A stretch of DNA of 64,000 bases from a bacterium (lineage in GTDB: Bacteria > Desulfobacterota > Binatia > HRBIN30 > CADEER01). The stretch lies in contig JANNRA010000035.1 of the NCBI GenBank assembly GCA_031401035.1, forward strand, positions 1,322-65,321. Direction: 5' to 3'. The notes below the pieces were generated by a model. That model saw only the letters and a program-made list of their open reading frames with translations. It searched no databases and was not told where the DNA came from. The position numbers and the translations under genes are program-made. Positions 54,006-64,000 of the stretch are shown here, piece after piece. Every line of letters begins with the position of its first letter. Position 1 is the stretch's first letter.

Positions 54006-55607
54006 ATGAGCTGTCCGCACTGTGGCGCCGCACAACGCCCCGGAGTGATCCGCGTCCGTCGCCCGATCGTCGCGATCCTCTTCGCGCTCGGTCTGCTGCT
54101 CGCCTATACGCTGGGCGGCCAACTTCTCCACGACCTGGCCGAGGGCATGGACCGCAGCCGGCTGGATCTGTGGAAGCTCCTGCCGCCGCTCGCGACCCTG
54201 GGACTGGCCGTCGTCGCCGCCTTCGTCCGGCGCCAGCAGCCGGTCTGCGAGCCCTGCCCGCCGCGCGGCCTGTGGGAAGCGCTGCCGGCCGACAGGTCCG
54301 CGAGAATCCTCTCGAGCGAGGGGGCCAGCCGCCGCGTCGCCCTGCGGACTCTTGGTGCCACCGGTGCCACGGTCGCCGCCGCCGCGGGCGGACTCGGCGC
54401 CGCGGTGCTGTCGAACCGCAAGTGGGTGCCGGTCGGGCGCGACTTCTTCCGCTCCGACGTCGAGTTCACCGCGCAGACGCCGCGGGATGAGTGGGCGGGC
54501 GCCCGCATCCGCAACTACCGCCGCCTCGGCCGCACCAACGCCATGGTCTCCGACATCTCGCTCGGCGCCGGGCGGATCGGCGCCGACGGTCTGGAGGGCG
54601 ACAGCGCCGCCCGCGCCGTCGACCTGGCGCGCGCCGCCATCGAGCGCGGCGTCAACTACTTCGACACCTCGCCCGATTACTCTGGCAACAACTCCGAGCA
54701 TATCCTCGGCAAGGCGATCCAGGGTCAGCGCGACAAGATGTTCCTCGCCACCAAGTTCTGCCTCGCCGATGGTCACCTGAAGAACGAGACGCCGGTGCCG
54801 GAGATCATCGCCGCCATCGACGCGAGCCTGCAGCGCCTGCAGACCGACCATGTCGACCTGATCCACATCCACTCCTGCGACCGCGTCGCGCGCCTCATGG
54901 CGCCGAACATCCACGAAGCCTTCGACCGTTTGAAGGAGCAGGGGAAGGCGCGCTTTCTCGGCGTCAGCACGCACACGCCGAACCTCGAAGCGGTGGCGAA
55001 CGCGGCCATCGACTCCGGCCGCTTCGACGTCATGATGCTCGCCTACCATTTCGGCATGTGGCCGAGCTTCGGCCACATCCTGGAGAAGGCGAAGAAAGCA
55101 GACGTCGGCATCGTCGCGATGAAGACCCTCAAGGGGGCTATGCACACCAACCTCGCCGACTTCCGCGACGAGCGCACCGCCTATTCGCAGGCCGCCTTTC
55201 GCTGGGTGCTGTCGAATCCGGACGTGTCCGCCCTGGTCGTATCGTTCTGGCAACCGGAGCAGCTCGACGAGTACCTCGCCGCGTCGGGAACGCTGCCGAA
55301 GACGACCGACGTCGCGCTCCTTGATCGCTACGACCACCTGACGCGCGGCGACTACTGCCAGCCGCACTGCGGCAAGTGCCTGTCGTCGTGCCCAGAGCAG
55401 CTCGCCATCAACGACGTCCTGCGGCATCGCATGTACTTCCGCGACTACGGTTGGGAGAAGGAAGGCATGCGTCTCTACGCCAAGCTCGACCCTAACGCGA
55501 TGCTGTGCGCCGCCTGTCCGGCCCCGTGCACCGGCTCCTGCCCGATCGGCGTGCCCATTCGCGCCAAGATGATGGACGCGCACCGGCTGCTCAGTTTCCC
55601 GGCCTGA
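54006..55607 (+). CDS. Membrane-anchored aldo/keto reductase fused to a C-terminal Cys-rich (Fe-S-like) domain
   Basis: AKR core (…GVNYFDTSPDYSGNNSEHILGKAI…). C-terminal CxxHCGKCxxSCP … CAACPAPCTGSCP cysteine motifs. Confidence 0.7.
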   Translation: MSCPHCGAAQRPGVIRVRRPIVAILFALGLLLAYTLGGQLLHDLAEGMDRSRLDLWKLLPPLATLGLAVVAAFVRRQQPVCEPCPPRGLWEALPADRSARILSSEGASRRVALRTLGATGATVAAAAGGLGAAVLSNRKWVPVGRDFFRSDVEFTAQTPRDEWAGARIRNYRRLGRTNAMVSDISLGAGRIGADGLEGDSAARAVDLARAAIERGVNYFDTSPDYSGNNSEHILGKAIQGQRDKMFLATKFCLADGHLKNETPVPEIIAAIDASLQRLQTDHVDLIHIHSCDRVARLMAPNIHEAFDRLKEQGKARFLGVSTHTPNLEAVANAAIDSGRFDVMMLAYHFGMWPSFGHILEKAKKADVGIVAMKTLKGAMHTNLADFRDERTAYSQAAFRWVLSNPDVSALVVSFWQPEQLDEYLAASGTLPKTTDVALLDRYDHLTRGDYCQPHCGKCLSSCPEQLAINDVLRHRMYFRDYGWEKEGMRLYAKLDPNAMLCAACPAPCTGSCPIGVPIRAKMMDAHRLLSFPA

Positions 55608-56038
55608 GTGACGCGTTCCGTCACCGGCGCGTGACACGGCGTGGCGTCGAACGCCGCGCCGTGTCACTGCGCACGGCGCCCGACAGCGAGTTTTCCGTGC
55701 GGCGCCCCGTGGCACAACCTGTGCGTTCCGCTTGCCGCCCATGGGGGGAGCGAGCCTGCGGTCGGGGACGACGCCGAGCCCGTCGCTGCGCACAGCGTCG
55801 CGCGGCGGGGCGCCTCGGCGTCCGCGCGCAGCGATGACAACGCAGGCGACCACCCAGGTGGTGCGGCGTACGCCTGCGCGTATCGCGCGCCGCCGCCCGG
55901 CGCGGCGGCGGACGACGGTACCGCTTTCGCCGAGCGCCGTCCTCGCCCGCGCCGTGGCGCTGACGGGGATCGTTGCGGGCGCGGTGTGGCTGCTGTTCGG
56001 CACGCCCCCGTCGTAGTTCGTCGGTGTAGGATTCCCCT

Positions 56039-56129
56039 CTGGAGGGCGCCCCCCCCCCCGTGGGCGGCTGTTTTGGATGGGGCTGTGCAGCGGCCCCCGC
56101 CAACCGGCGCCGACGGGGCGTCGCCCTCC
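56039..56129. repeat. Degenerate REP doublet
   Basis: CTGGAGGGCGCC(C10)GTGGGCGG … CCGGCGCCGACGGGGCGTCGCCCTCC. Confidence 0.6.
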
Positions 56130-56190
56130 ACGGCCGAGCGGAGGCGGTTCCTCGGGAGCGGTGCCCTCCGACTCCCGAAAGGCCCCACGG

Positions 56191-57174
56191 CTAGACGCCG
56201 TTGAGTCGATTGATCAACTGCCGCAGGCACCCGTAGCTGCGGCGGTCGAAGTGCAGGGCGAGGCGGGGGAGGTCGAGCGTGGCGGGGTCGTCGCGCTCGA
56301 CGCCGAACGGCGGGCAGGGTTCGACCGCGTGGCCGCCGAGGATGTCGGCGAAGTCGCGCGACAGGTCGGCGCGCAGCGCCGGCGGCACCGGCAGATTGGT
56401 GCGCAGGACCAGCAGGTCGTCGACGAAGCGCAGGGAGTGGAAGACGCGGTAGAAGCGGGCGATCTCCAGGACCGCCGTCTCGACGCTGTCGGTGACGAGG
56501 TACAGATCGAGGTCCTCTGGCGAGATCATACCGGGGCGCAGCAGGTGCTCCTCGATGTAGCGGTGCCAGGTCTTCCAGTAGGTGCCACGCGGCTGGTCGA
56601 GAAGCACCAGCGGCATCAGCTGGCACTTGCCGGTCTGGATCAGGGTCAGCGTCTCGAAGCCCTCGTCGTGCGTGCCGAAGCCGCCGGGAAAGAGCACCAC
56701 GGCGTGCGCCTCTTTGATGAAGAACAGCTTGCGGGTGAAGAAGTAGTTGAACGACATCAGCTTGGCGTCGCCTTCGAGCACCGGGTTGGCGCCCTGCTCG
56801 AAGGGCAGGCGGATGTTGATCCCGAAGCTGCGAGCCCGGCCGGCGCCGCGATTGCACGCCTCCATGATGCCGCCGCCGGCACCGGTGATGACCATGAAGC
56901 CGGCATCGGCAATGGCGCGGCAGAACTGCTCGGCGGTGCGGAAGTACGGATCATCCTCCTGCGTGCGCGCCGAGCCGAAAGTGGCCACCTTGCGGACACC
57001 GCGGTAGGGCGCGAACATGGCGATCGCGGCGCGCATTTCTTCGAGCGCGCGGGAGACGAGCTTGAGTTCGCCGATCGAGGCGCCGCTCGTCGACAGGGAG
57101 CGGCCGGTGGCGACGATGTCGTCGATCAGCTTATCGGCGCGCTGCAGACGGCGCTTCTCGTCGCGCTCGCTCAC
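56191..57174 (-). CDS. LOG-family (TIGR00730) protein with N- and C-terminal extensions
   Basis: 'VVLFPGGFGTHDEGFE' PGGxGTxxE motif. 'TGAGGGIMEA' Rossmann motif. Confidence 0.75.
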   Translation of the reverse strand: MSERDEKRRLQRADKLIDDIVATGRSLSTSGASIGELKLVSRALEEMRAAIAMFAPYRGVRKVATFGSARTQEDDPYFRTAEQFCRAIADAGFMVITGAGGGIMEACNRGAGRARSFGINIRLPFEQGANPVLEGDAKLMSFNYFFTRKLFFIKEAHAVVLFPGGFGTHDEGFETLTLIQTGKCQLMPLVLLDQPRGTYWKTWHRYIEEHLLRPGMISPEDLDLYLVTDSVETAVLEIARFYRVFHSLRFVDDLLVLRTNLPVPPALRADLSRDFADILGGHAVEPCPPFGVERDDPATLDLPRLALHFDRRSYGCLRQLINRLNGV

Positions 57175-58706
57175 GCGGCCCCCGCGGCGGTCTCGGCCAT
57201 GCGCTTGAGGCGGGCGCGGTCGACCTTGCCGGTGGCGTTGAGGGGCAACTCGGCCAGGAAGACGAGCTCCTCGGGCGCTTTGTACGCCGCGATACGGGCG
57301 CGGACAAAGTCGATCAGCGCCTGGGGCGTCGGGCGCGCGGCCGGATCGCGCGCCTCGACGTAGGCGCGCACGGTCTCGCCATGCAGTGGGTTGTGGATGC
57401 CGATGACGCCGGCGGCGGCCACCGCGGGATGCCCCAGCAGCGCCTCTTCGACCTCCTGTGGCGCGATGTTCGAGCCGTCATGGATGATCAGCTGCTTCAG
57501 TCGGCCGCGGAACCAGAAATACCCCTCGGTATCGACACGCATCAGGTCGCCGGTGTCGATCCAACCGTCGCGCAACACCTCGGCGGTCGCCGCGGGTGCG
57601 TTCCAGTACCGGACCATGAGGCTCGGGGCGCGCAGCCACAGGCGGCCGTCGGCGCCGCGCGGGACCTCGCGTCCCTCGGCGTCGCGCAGCTCGGCCGTGA
57701 ATCCCGGGGCCAGGGGGCCGACCGACCCCTCCCGCACCGGACCGGTAGTGGGGGTGCACATGGCCGTACCGGTCTCGGTCATGCCGTAGCCTTCGTCGAT
57801 CATGCGTCCGGTGAGGGCGGCGTACTCGCGGGCCAGCTCGCCGGAGACCTTGTCACCGCCGCAGATGGAGCATCGCACCGAGGCGAAATCGGCGGGCGTC
57901 GCGGCGTGGTCGCGGATCAACGAGAGCAACGCCGCTGGCAGAGTGATCAGGACGGCGGGGCGCTCGGCGCGCAGCAGCGGCAGCACCTCGGCCGCGTCGC
58001 AGCGGCGGGCGACGACGACGCGGCCGCCGACCGAGAGTGCGGCGAGGGAGAACGAGATCGCCGCGACGTGCGACGCCGAGGACGCCGGCAGCAGCACCTC
58101 GCCGGCGACGAGCCCCGCGGCAGCGGCGGCACTGGCGACCAGGGCGGCGAAGCTGGCGTGCGAGTGCGTGACGCCCTTGGGTAGACCGGTGCTGCCGGAG
58201 GTGAAGAAGATGAAGGCCTCGTGCTGCGGCGGCGGAACGGTCAGCGAGCGCGGCGCAGCCGCCGACCACAGCGCCCGCAGGCCGTCGCCGTCGCCGTGCC
58301 AGATGACGCCGTGCGGGAGGCGCGCCGCGGCGGAGCCCTCGACCTCGTCGCGGCGCTCCGCCGCGGCGACGAGCATCGACGCCCCGGCGGTGTCGAGGGC
58401 GTGATCGATCTCGGGCACCGCGTAGCGGTAGTTGAGCGGCGTTGCGACCAGTCCAGCGCGCAGGCAGGCGAGGTAGTGGATGAGCAGCTCGGGCGAGTTG
58501 GGCAGGAAGGAGGCGACACGATCGCCGGCGGCGAGGCCGCGCGCGAGGTAGGCGGTGGCGAGGCGCGCCGCCGCGTCGTCGAGCTCGCGGTAGGTCCAGC
58601 GCGCGCTGGCGGAGACCAGGGCGACGGCGTTGGCATCGGCGGCGAGCGCGGCGCCCAGCAGCGCGGAGAGTGGAACGATGGGCCCGAGTGGTGGACCGGG
58701 GATCAT
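57171..58706 (-). CDS. AMP-dependent synthetase/ligase (acyl-CoA synthetase family)
   Basis: AMP-binding 'IFFTSGSTGLPKGV'. 'GYGMTETG'. 'YKAPEELVFLAELPLNATGKV'. Confidence 0.85.
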   Translation of the reverse strand: MIPGPPLGPIVPLSALLGAALAADANAVALVSASARWTYRELDDAAARLATAYLARGLAAGDRVASFLPNSPELLIHYLACLRAGLVATPLNYRYAVPEIDHALDTAGASMLVAAAERRDEVEGSAAARLPHGVIWHGDGDGLRALWSAAAPRSLTVPPPQHEAFIFFTSGSTGLPKGVTHSHASFAALVASAAAAAGLVAGEVLLPASSASHVAAISFSLAALSVGGRVVVARRCDAAEVLPLLRAERPAVLITLPAALLSLIRDHAATPADFASVRCSICGGDKVSGELAREYAALTGRMIDEGYGMTETGTAMCTPTTGPVREGSVGPLAPGFTAELRDAEGREVPRGADGRLWLRAPSLMVRYWNAPAATAEVLRDGWIDTGDLMRVDTEGYFWFRGRLKQLIIHDGSNIAPQEVEEALLGHPAVAAAGVIGIHNPLHGETVRAYVEARDPAARPTPQALIDFVRARIAAYKAPEELVFLAELPLNATGKVDRARLKRMAETAAGAA

Positions 58707-58716
58707 GGGAGTACCC

Positions 58717-60750
58717 TCATGTCAGCAGCGCCGCGACGGCGTCCCACTCCGTCGCCGGCGCCGAGCAGGTCATGCGGTGGCAGACGTACACCGTCGGCTT
58801 TCCATCGATGGCGCGCTTGCCCTCGAGCAGGGCGGGGCGCGGCGCGGATGAGGTGGGATCGAGGACCAGCAACGTGCGGTTGGGCAGGTAGGTGTGGCGG
58901 ATGCGGGCGAGCAGCGCGGCCGTGGCGGGATCGGCGGGATCACCGACGACGGCGATCTCGCGCGGACCCGTGCCGAGGAAGTCCACCGCTGCCCACATGG
59001 CGGCGAAGCCGAACGGCTGCGCCTGCATCGGTTCGGCGAAGAGGCGGAGAATCGCCTCGGCGCGGCTGCGATAATCGGCGCGGTCGAGGAGGTGCGACAG
59101 GCGCAGCAGGGTCAGCGCCGCGACCGAGTTGCCGGACGGAATCGAGCCGTCGAAGGCGGGCTTGCTGCGCACGATGAGCTGCTCGTGGTCGTCGCTGGTG
59201 AAGAAGAAGCCGCCCCCGTCCTGGTCCCAGAAATGCGCCACGGCGCTGTCCATCAGCCGCGCCGCCTTCTCGAGATAGGTGCGGTCCTGGACGGCTTCGA
59301 AGACGTCGAGCAGGCCGGCGGCGAGAAAGACGTAGTCGTCGAGGTAGCCGTTCAGTTTGGCGACGCCGCCCTTCCAGGTGCTGAGCAGGCGGTCGCCGCG
59401 CTGCACCTCGCGTTCGATGAACACCACCGCGTCGAGAGCGGTCTGCCGATAGGCATCGTCGCCGAACACTTCCGCCGCGCGCGCGAAAGCGCTGATCATC
59501 AGTCCGTTCCACGCCGTCAGTACCTTGGTGTCGAGAGCGGGCTTGGGGCGCTGCTCCCGCGCCGCGAACAGGGTCGCGCGCACCGTGTCGAGGACCTGCT
59601 GCACCTCGGCCGCGTCGCGGTGGCAGAGGCTCGCGAGCTGCGCGACGGAGAGGGTGACGTGCAGGATGTTGTGGCCCTCGAAGTTGCCGGCGGCGGTGAC
59701 GTCCCAGTAGCGGCAGGCGAGTTCGCCGGCCTCGGCGCCGAGGCGCTGCATGATCTCGTCGGCGCTCCAGACGAAGAAGCGGCCCTCTTCGCCCTCGCTG
59801 TCGGCGTCCTGCGTCGACCAGAAGCCGCCGCCGGGATCGCGCATCTCGCGGCGGACATAGTCGAGCGTCTGGCGCGCGACGCGGGCGAACAGCGCCTCGC
59901 CCGATGCCTGATACGCGGCGAGCAACAGCGGCACGAGTTGGGCGTTGTCGTAGAGCATTTTCTCGAAGTGCGGCACCAGCCAGCGCTGGTCGACGGAGTA
60001 GCGGTGGAAGCCGCCGCCGAGCTGGTCGTAGACGCCGCCCTCGGCCATGCGGCGTAGGGTCAGGAGCGCCAGCTCCGCCTGCCGCGGCTCACCGCGCAGG
60101 AGCAGATCGAAGGCACCGCTGTTCGGAAACTTCGGCGCCGTGCCGATGCCGCCGTACTCGCTGTCGACAGCGCCGGCGAGCTGGGCGGCGGCGGCGCGCA
60201 CCGCATCGATGCCCGGCAGGTCGCCGCCGCTGGCGTGTGTCTCGAGCGCGGCGAGACGGGCGTGCGTCTCGCCGACCGAGGTGCGGATCTCGTCGGGTCG
60301 GTTGCGATAGGCGTCGGCGATGGCGGTCAGCAGGCGCGGAAAGCCCGGCATACCGTGGCGGTCCTCGGGCGGGAAGTATGTGCCACCGTAAAACGGCTTG
60401 CCGTCGGGCGTCAGAAAGACGGTCATCGGCCAGCCGCCGCGGCCGGTGAGGAGCTGCACGGCGTTCATGTAGATGTGATCGAGGTCTGGGCGCTCCTCGC
60501 GGTCGACCTTGACGTTGACGAAGTGCTCGTTCATCAGCGCCGCGATGGCGGGGTTCTCGAACGACTCGCGCTCCATGACGTGGCACCAGTGGCAGGCGGA
60601 GTAGCCGACGCTGAGCAGAATCGCTCGGTTCTCGGCGCGGGCGCGGTCGAAGGCCTCGGCGCCCCACGGGTACCAGTCGACGGGGTTGTGGGCGTGCTGC
60701 CGGAGATAGGGACTCGACTCATCGATCAGTCGATTGGTGTGCGCGGGCAT
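58717..60750 (-). CDS. Thioredoxin-domain protein YyaL/DUF255 (N-acylglucosamine 2-epimerase-like)
   Basis: '[38 protein letters not shown]' is the DUF255 CxxC-like motif. Start chosen at MPAHTNRL (cat 60748-60750). Confidence 0.8.
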   Translation of the reverse strand: MPAHTNRLIDESSPYLRQHAHNPVDWYPWGAEAFDRARAENRAILLSVGYSACHWCHVMERESFENPAIAALMNEHFVNVKVDREERPDLDHIYMNAVQLLTGRGGWPMTVFLTPDGKPFYGGTYFPPEDRHGMPGFPRLLTAIADAYRNRPDEIRTSVGETHARLAALETHASGGDLPGIDAVRAAAAQLAGAVDSEYGGIGTAPKFPNSGAFDLLLRGEPRQAELALLTLRRMAEGGVYDQLGGGFHRYSVDQRWLVPHFEKMLYDNAQLVPLLLAAYQASGEALFARVARQTLDYVRREMRDPGGGFWSTQDADSEGEEGRFFVWSADEIMQRLGAEAGELACRYWDVTAAGNFEGHNILHVTLSVAQLASLCHRDAAEVQQVLDTVRATLFAAREQRPKPALDTKVLTAWNGLMISAFARAAEVFGDDAYRQTALDAVVFIEREVQRGDRLLSTWKGGVAKLNGYLDDYVFLAAGLLDVFEAVQDRTYLEKAARLMDSAVAHFWDQDGGGFFFTSDDHEQLIVRSKPAFDGSIPSGNSVAALTLLRLSHLLDRADYRSRAEAILRLFAEPMQAQPFGFAAMWAAVDFLGTGPREIAVVGDPADPATAALLARIRHTYLPNRTLLVLDPTSSAPRPALLEGKRAIDGKPTVYVCHRMTCSAPATEWDAVAALLT

Positions 60751-60814
60751 GACCCGCCATCCGTACCCCGGCGCGGGGTGGTCAACAACGGGCGTGCTGT
60801 GCTCCGCTGTCGGC

Positions 60815-61474
60815 ATGGAACTCTACGCGGCGATGGCGACGACACGGGCGGTGCGGCGGCTGAAAGCGGATCCGCTCCCGGATGCGGTCCTGCGGCGCGT
60901 GCTGGAAGCGGCGACCTGGGCGCCGTCGGGCGGCAACCGGCAGCCGTGGCGGGTGCTCGTGGTACGCGACGCGGGCATCAAGCGGGCGCTGCGCGATCTC
61001 TACCAGGGAGCATGGAGGCCCTACGCGGCGCGGCAGCGGACGGCGCTGCGGGCGCTGCCGGTGGAGCAGCGCGCCAAGGGGGAGCGCGCGCTGGCGGCCG
61101 GCGATCATCTGGCGGCGCACCTCGATACCGCACCGGTGATCCTGGTGTTCTGCTTCAACCCCGAGGCGATGACGATCACCGATCTGAACCTGCCACGCCC
61201 CTCGGTCGTCGGCGGCGCGAGCGTCTACCCGGCGGTGCAGAACGCCCTGCTGGCATGCCGCGCCGAGGGACTCGGTTGCGTGCTGACGACGCTGCTGTGT
61301 GTCTGCGAGGCGCAGGTTCGGCCGCTGCTGCAGATCCCCGAGCCGTGGGGGACGGCCGCCTTCGTGCCGATCGGATACCCGGTCGGCCGCGGCCATGGGC
61401 CGCTGGCGCGCAAGGCGGTCGAGCAGATGACGTTCGTCGACCGCTGGGGGCAGGTGGACGCGCCGACTGGCTGA
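60815..61474 (+). CDS. Nitroreductase-family protein
   Basis: '[41 protein letters not shown]' is a nitroreductase N-terminus. Confidence 0.75.
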   Translation: MELYAAMATTRAVRRLKADPLPDAVLRRVLEAATWAPSGGNRQPWRVLVVRDAGIKRALRDLYQGAWRPYAARQRTALRALPVEQRAKGERALAAGDHLAAHLDTAPVILVFCFNPEAMTITDLNLPRPSVVGGASVYPAVQNALLACRAEGLGCVLTTLLCVCEAQVRPLLQIPEPWGTAAFVPIGYPVGRGHGPLARKAVEQMTFVDRWGQVDAPTG

Positions 61475-61487
61475 CCTCCGGATCCCT

Positions 61488-61523
61488 CAATCCGTCGGGC
61501 AATCCGTCGGGCAATCCGTCGGG
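61488..61523. repeat. Perfect tandem repeat (CAATCCGTCGGG) x3
   Basis: Read directly. It sits between the nitroreductase stop and the transporter start. Confidence 0.9.
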
Positions 61524-61590
61524 ATGGAGGGGCGCAGAAACTCGCCTCGTGCCGCCGGAGCTGCTAGAGGTTCGCCGTCCGACGCTCGGC

Positions 61591-62844
61591 ATGGATATCC
61601 TGCACGTCCTCCCCTTCGCGGCGATGCTCCTCGGCATCGCGATCCTGCCGATCGTTGTCCCACATGCATGGGAGCATCCGCTGGCGCCGGCCGTGCTGGC
61701 ATTCGTCTGCGCCGTGCCGGCGCTGATCAACGCGGCGGCGACCGGCACGTTGGGCGAGATCGGTCATGGGCTGGAGGAATACGCGGCATTCATCGCGCTG
61801 ATCGCGGCGCTGTACGTCGTCGCCGGCGGTGTGCACATCTCCGGCAACCCGCGTGGCACGCCGCTGGTCAACGCCGCGTTCCTTGCCATCGGCGCGGTGC
61901 TGGCAAGCCTGATCGGCACCACCGGCGCATCGATGCTGCTCATCCGGCCGGTGCTCGACGCGAATCGCGAGCGCAAGCACAAGACGCACATCGTCGTCTT
62001 CTTCATCCTCATGGTGTCGAACACCGGCGGCCTGCTGACGCCGCTCGGCGACCCGCCGCTCTACCTCGGCTACCTGAACGGCGTGCCGTTCTTCTTCACG
62101 CTGCGACTCTGGCCGGCATGGCTGCTGGCGCAGGGGATTCTGCTGTCGATGTTCTTCTGGTGGGACCGGCGCGCCTATCAGCGCGAGTCGGGCGCCGCCC
62201 TGCTGCGCGATCAGATGGCCCGTCGCGATCTGCACGTCGATGGGGCGGTGAACTTCCTCTTCGCGCTCGGCATTATCGTCGTCTCCGCCAGCGGCGTGCC
62301 GTCGCCCTGGCGCGAGCTCGCCTTCGCCGCGCTCATCGGGCTGTCGCTGTGGGCGACCCCCGCGGCGGTGCGGCAGGCCAACACGTTCCACTACGGCCCG
62401 CTGCGCGAGGTGGCGATCTTGTTCCTCGGCATTTTCATCACCATGGTGCCGGCGCTCGAGGCGCTGAAGGCGGTGGCGCCGCGCTTACCGGTCGACACGA
62501 CGGCCGGTCTGTTCCTGCTCAGCGGTGCGCTGTCGAGCTTACTCGACAACGCGCCGACGTACCTGATCTTCGCCACGCTGGCGGCGGATCGGGCGGGCCT
62601 GGGCGGCGATCTCGGCGCGCTGGCGGCACAGGCGCCGCATCTGCTGGCGGCGGTGAGCATCGGTGCGGTGTTCATGGGCGCCAACACCTACATCGGCAAC
62701 GGCCCGAATCTCCTCGTCAAGGCCGTCGCCGAATCAGCGGGCGAGGCGCGCGTGGCGATGCCGAATTTTCTCGCCTACGCGGCGCTGGCGACGGCGCTGC
62801 TGACGCCGGTCTATCTCGCCGTGCTGCTCTTCGTCCTCGAGTAG
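61591..62844 (+). CDS. ArsB/NhaD-superfamily ion transporter (Na+/H+ antiporter or citrate-transporter-like permease)
   Basis: About 12 hydrophobic helices. 'GDPPLYLGYL' and 'GNGPNLLV' permease-like motifs. Confidence 0.6.
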   Translation: MDILHVLPFAAMLLGIAILPIVVPHAWEHPLAPAVLAFVCAVPALINAAATGTLGEIGHGLEEYAAFIALIAALYVVAGGVHISGNPRGTPLVNAAFLAIGAVLASLIGTTGASMLLIRPVLDANRERKHKTHIVVFFILMVSNTGGLLTPLGDPPLYLGYLNGVPFFFTLRLWPAWLLAQGILLSMFFWWDRRAYQRESGAALLRDQMARRDLHVDGAVNFLFALGIIVVSASGVPSPWRELAFAALIGLSLWATPAAVRQANTFHYGPLREVAILFLGIFITMVPALEALKAVAPRLPVDTTAGLFLLSGALSSLLDNAPTYLIFATLAADRAGLGGDLGALAAQAPHLLAAVSIGAVFMGANTYIGNGPNLLVKAVAESAGEARVAMPNFLAYAALATALLTPVYLAVLLFVLE

Positions 62845-62906
62845 GCAGCGGGCGGTGCCCACTCCATTAGCGGCTCTGTACCGACCGTTGTGGACGACCC
62901 CTGCCG

Positions 62907-63569
62907 CTACTCCCCCGGCGCCTTCTTGCGGACGATGGTCAGGCCGTCGGAGACGGAGATCATCACCGCCTGGACGCGCGTATCGGTGGTCAGGTGGTCG
63001 TTGAGCGCCTGCAGCGCGCGCGTGTCTTCCGACGGCGACTGGGTGTCGAGCACCTGGCCCATCCACAACACATTGTCGAACACCAACAGGCCATTCGGAC
63101 GCAGGCGGGGCAGCAGCGCGTCGTAGTAGGCGCGGTACGAGACCTTGTCGGCGTCGACGAAGGCGAAGTCGAAGGTCCGCGCGGCGGGCAGGGCGGCGAG
63201 TGTCTCGATCGCCGGCGCGACGCGCAGTTCGATGCGATCGGCGACGCCGGCCTGCTGCCAGTAGCGGCGCGCGATCGCCGTCCATTCCTCGCTGACATCG
63301 CAACACAACAGGCGCCCGTTGGCGCCGAGTCCGCGGGCGACGCAGAGGGCGCTGTAGCCGGTGAAGGTGCCGATCTCCACCGCCGAGGTGGCGCCGATCG
63401 CGCGCACCAGCAGCGACATCAGCGTGCCCTGCTCGGGGGCGATCTGCATCATGGCGATCGGGCCGAGCGCCGCGGTCTCGGTCGCCAACGCGACCAGTAC
63501 CGGATCGTCATTCTGCCCGTGCGCGACCAGGTACTCGTACAGGGGCTCGGTCATGGGGACGTACTTCAT
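62907..63569 (-). CDS. Class I SAM-dependent O-methyltransferase (family 3, caffeoyl-CoA OMT-like)
   Basis: 'AVEIGTFTGYSAL' SAM motif I. 'FDFAFVDADK' motif. 220 aa. Confidence 0.8.
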   Translation of the reverse strand: MKYVPMTEPLYEYLVAHGQNDDPVLVALATETAALGPIAMMQIAPEQGTLMSLLVRAIGATSAVEIGTFTGYSALCVARGLGANGRLLCCDVSEEWTAIARRYWQQAGVADRIELRVAPAIETLAALPAARTFDFAFVDADKVSYRAYYDALLPRLRPNGLLVFDNVLWMGQVLDTQSPSEDTRALQALNDHLTTDTRVQAVMISVSDGLTIVRKKAPGE

Positions 63570-63639
63570 GTCGCCGGCGTAGCATGGCCACCGGCGGGCG
63601 CGAAGGGTCACGGGCGGCGCCCGTGTGCTGCGGCCCCGA

Positions 63640-64000
63640 TCAGGGGACGGCGCGGGTGGCGGAGCGCTCGCGCAGCCAGGCGTGCAGGACCTGGGCGCGG
63701 ACGCCTTCGAAGGGCGTCGCCGTGGCGGGCAGGGGCGCCTCGACCCACACCAGGTGCAGGCCGTACGCTGAGGCGAGGGGACCGGCCCACTGCTCTGTCG
63801 GGAGCGTCCGCAACTGGGACGCGAAGGTGGGGCCGAACAGCGCGGCCACGGCGGCATCGTCGAGCGGCCCGACCCGCGCTCCGCGCGCGAAGGGATCGCC
63901 GCGCCCCGCGGCGTCGGCAGCGGACACGCCGCGTGCGCGCAGACCCGCCAGTGCTTCCGCGGCGTCGCGCTGAACGGCCGCGCCGCGTTGGCCGCGGCTG
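63640..64000 (-). CDS. Partial (3' end) gene, possibly a parvulin-type peptidyl-prolyl isomerase C-terminus; continues beyond the window end
   Basis: '…WAGPLASAYGLHLVWVE…' resembles a PpiC-domain end. The ORF runs off the window. Confidence 0.3.
   Translation of the reverse strand, partial: SRGQRGAAVQRDAAEALAGLRARGVSAADAAGRGDPFARGARVGPLDDAAVAALFGPTFASQLRTLPTEQWAGPLASAYGLHLVWVEAPLPATATPFEGVRAQVLHAWLRERSATRAVP

Overview
The window is very GC-rich by eye (around 70%) and looks like a Gram-negative, proteobacterium-like chromosome at its replication origin. It contains a contiguous dnaA-dnaN-gyrB-gyrA block with DnaA-box-like sites and an AT-rich stretch between dnaA and dnaN. I see no rRNA, tRNA or CRISPR. 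Core genes include hemL, an F0 ATP-synthase sub-operon atpZ-atpI-atpB-atpE ending in a textbook rho-independent terminator, an orphan parB, leuCD, a MoxR/DUF58/vWA/BatD ('Bat') operon followed by a histidine kinase and a sigma-54 response regulator, and a FadL-centred outer-membrane cluster. Accessory and unusual content: (i) a lower-GC island at 20.4-26.3 kb carrying a Type III-like restriction-modification locus in inverted res->mod order, with a DinD/Bro-N-family gene translationally coupled between res and mod, an in-frame amber codon at codon 9 of mod, a perfect G7/C7 25-bp palindrome inside the dinD-like gene, and a PKD-like C-terminal tail on Mod; (ii) a REP-associated tyrosine transposase (RAYT) flanked by REP doublets, plus three further REP copies across the window, one embedded in-frame in the 3' end of the batA-like ORF; (iii) two decayed type II toxin-antitoxin loci (Phd/YefM + vapC remnant cut by a 39-bp perfect inverted-repeat element; DUF2281 + truncated MazF/PemK); (iv) ~75-bp direct repeats flanking a lower-GC DUF1566 gene; (v) small tandem repeats. 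All calls rest on reading the six-frame translations and the DNA directly; no database searches were run.
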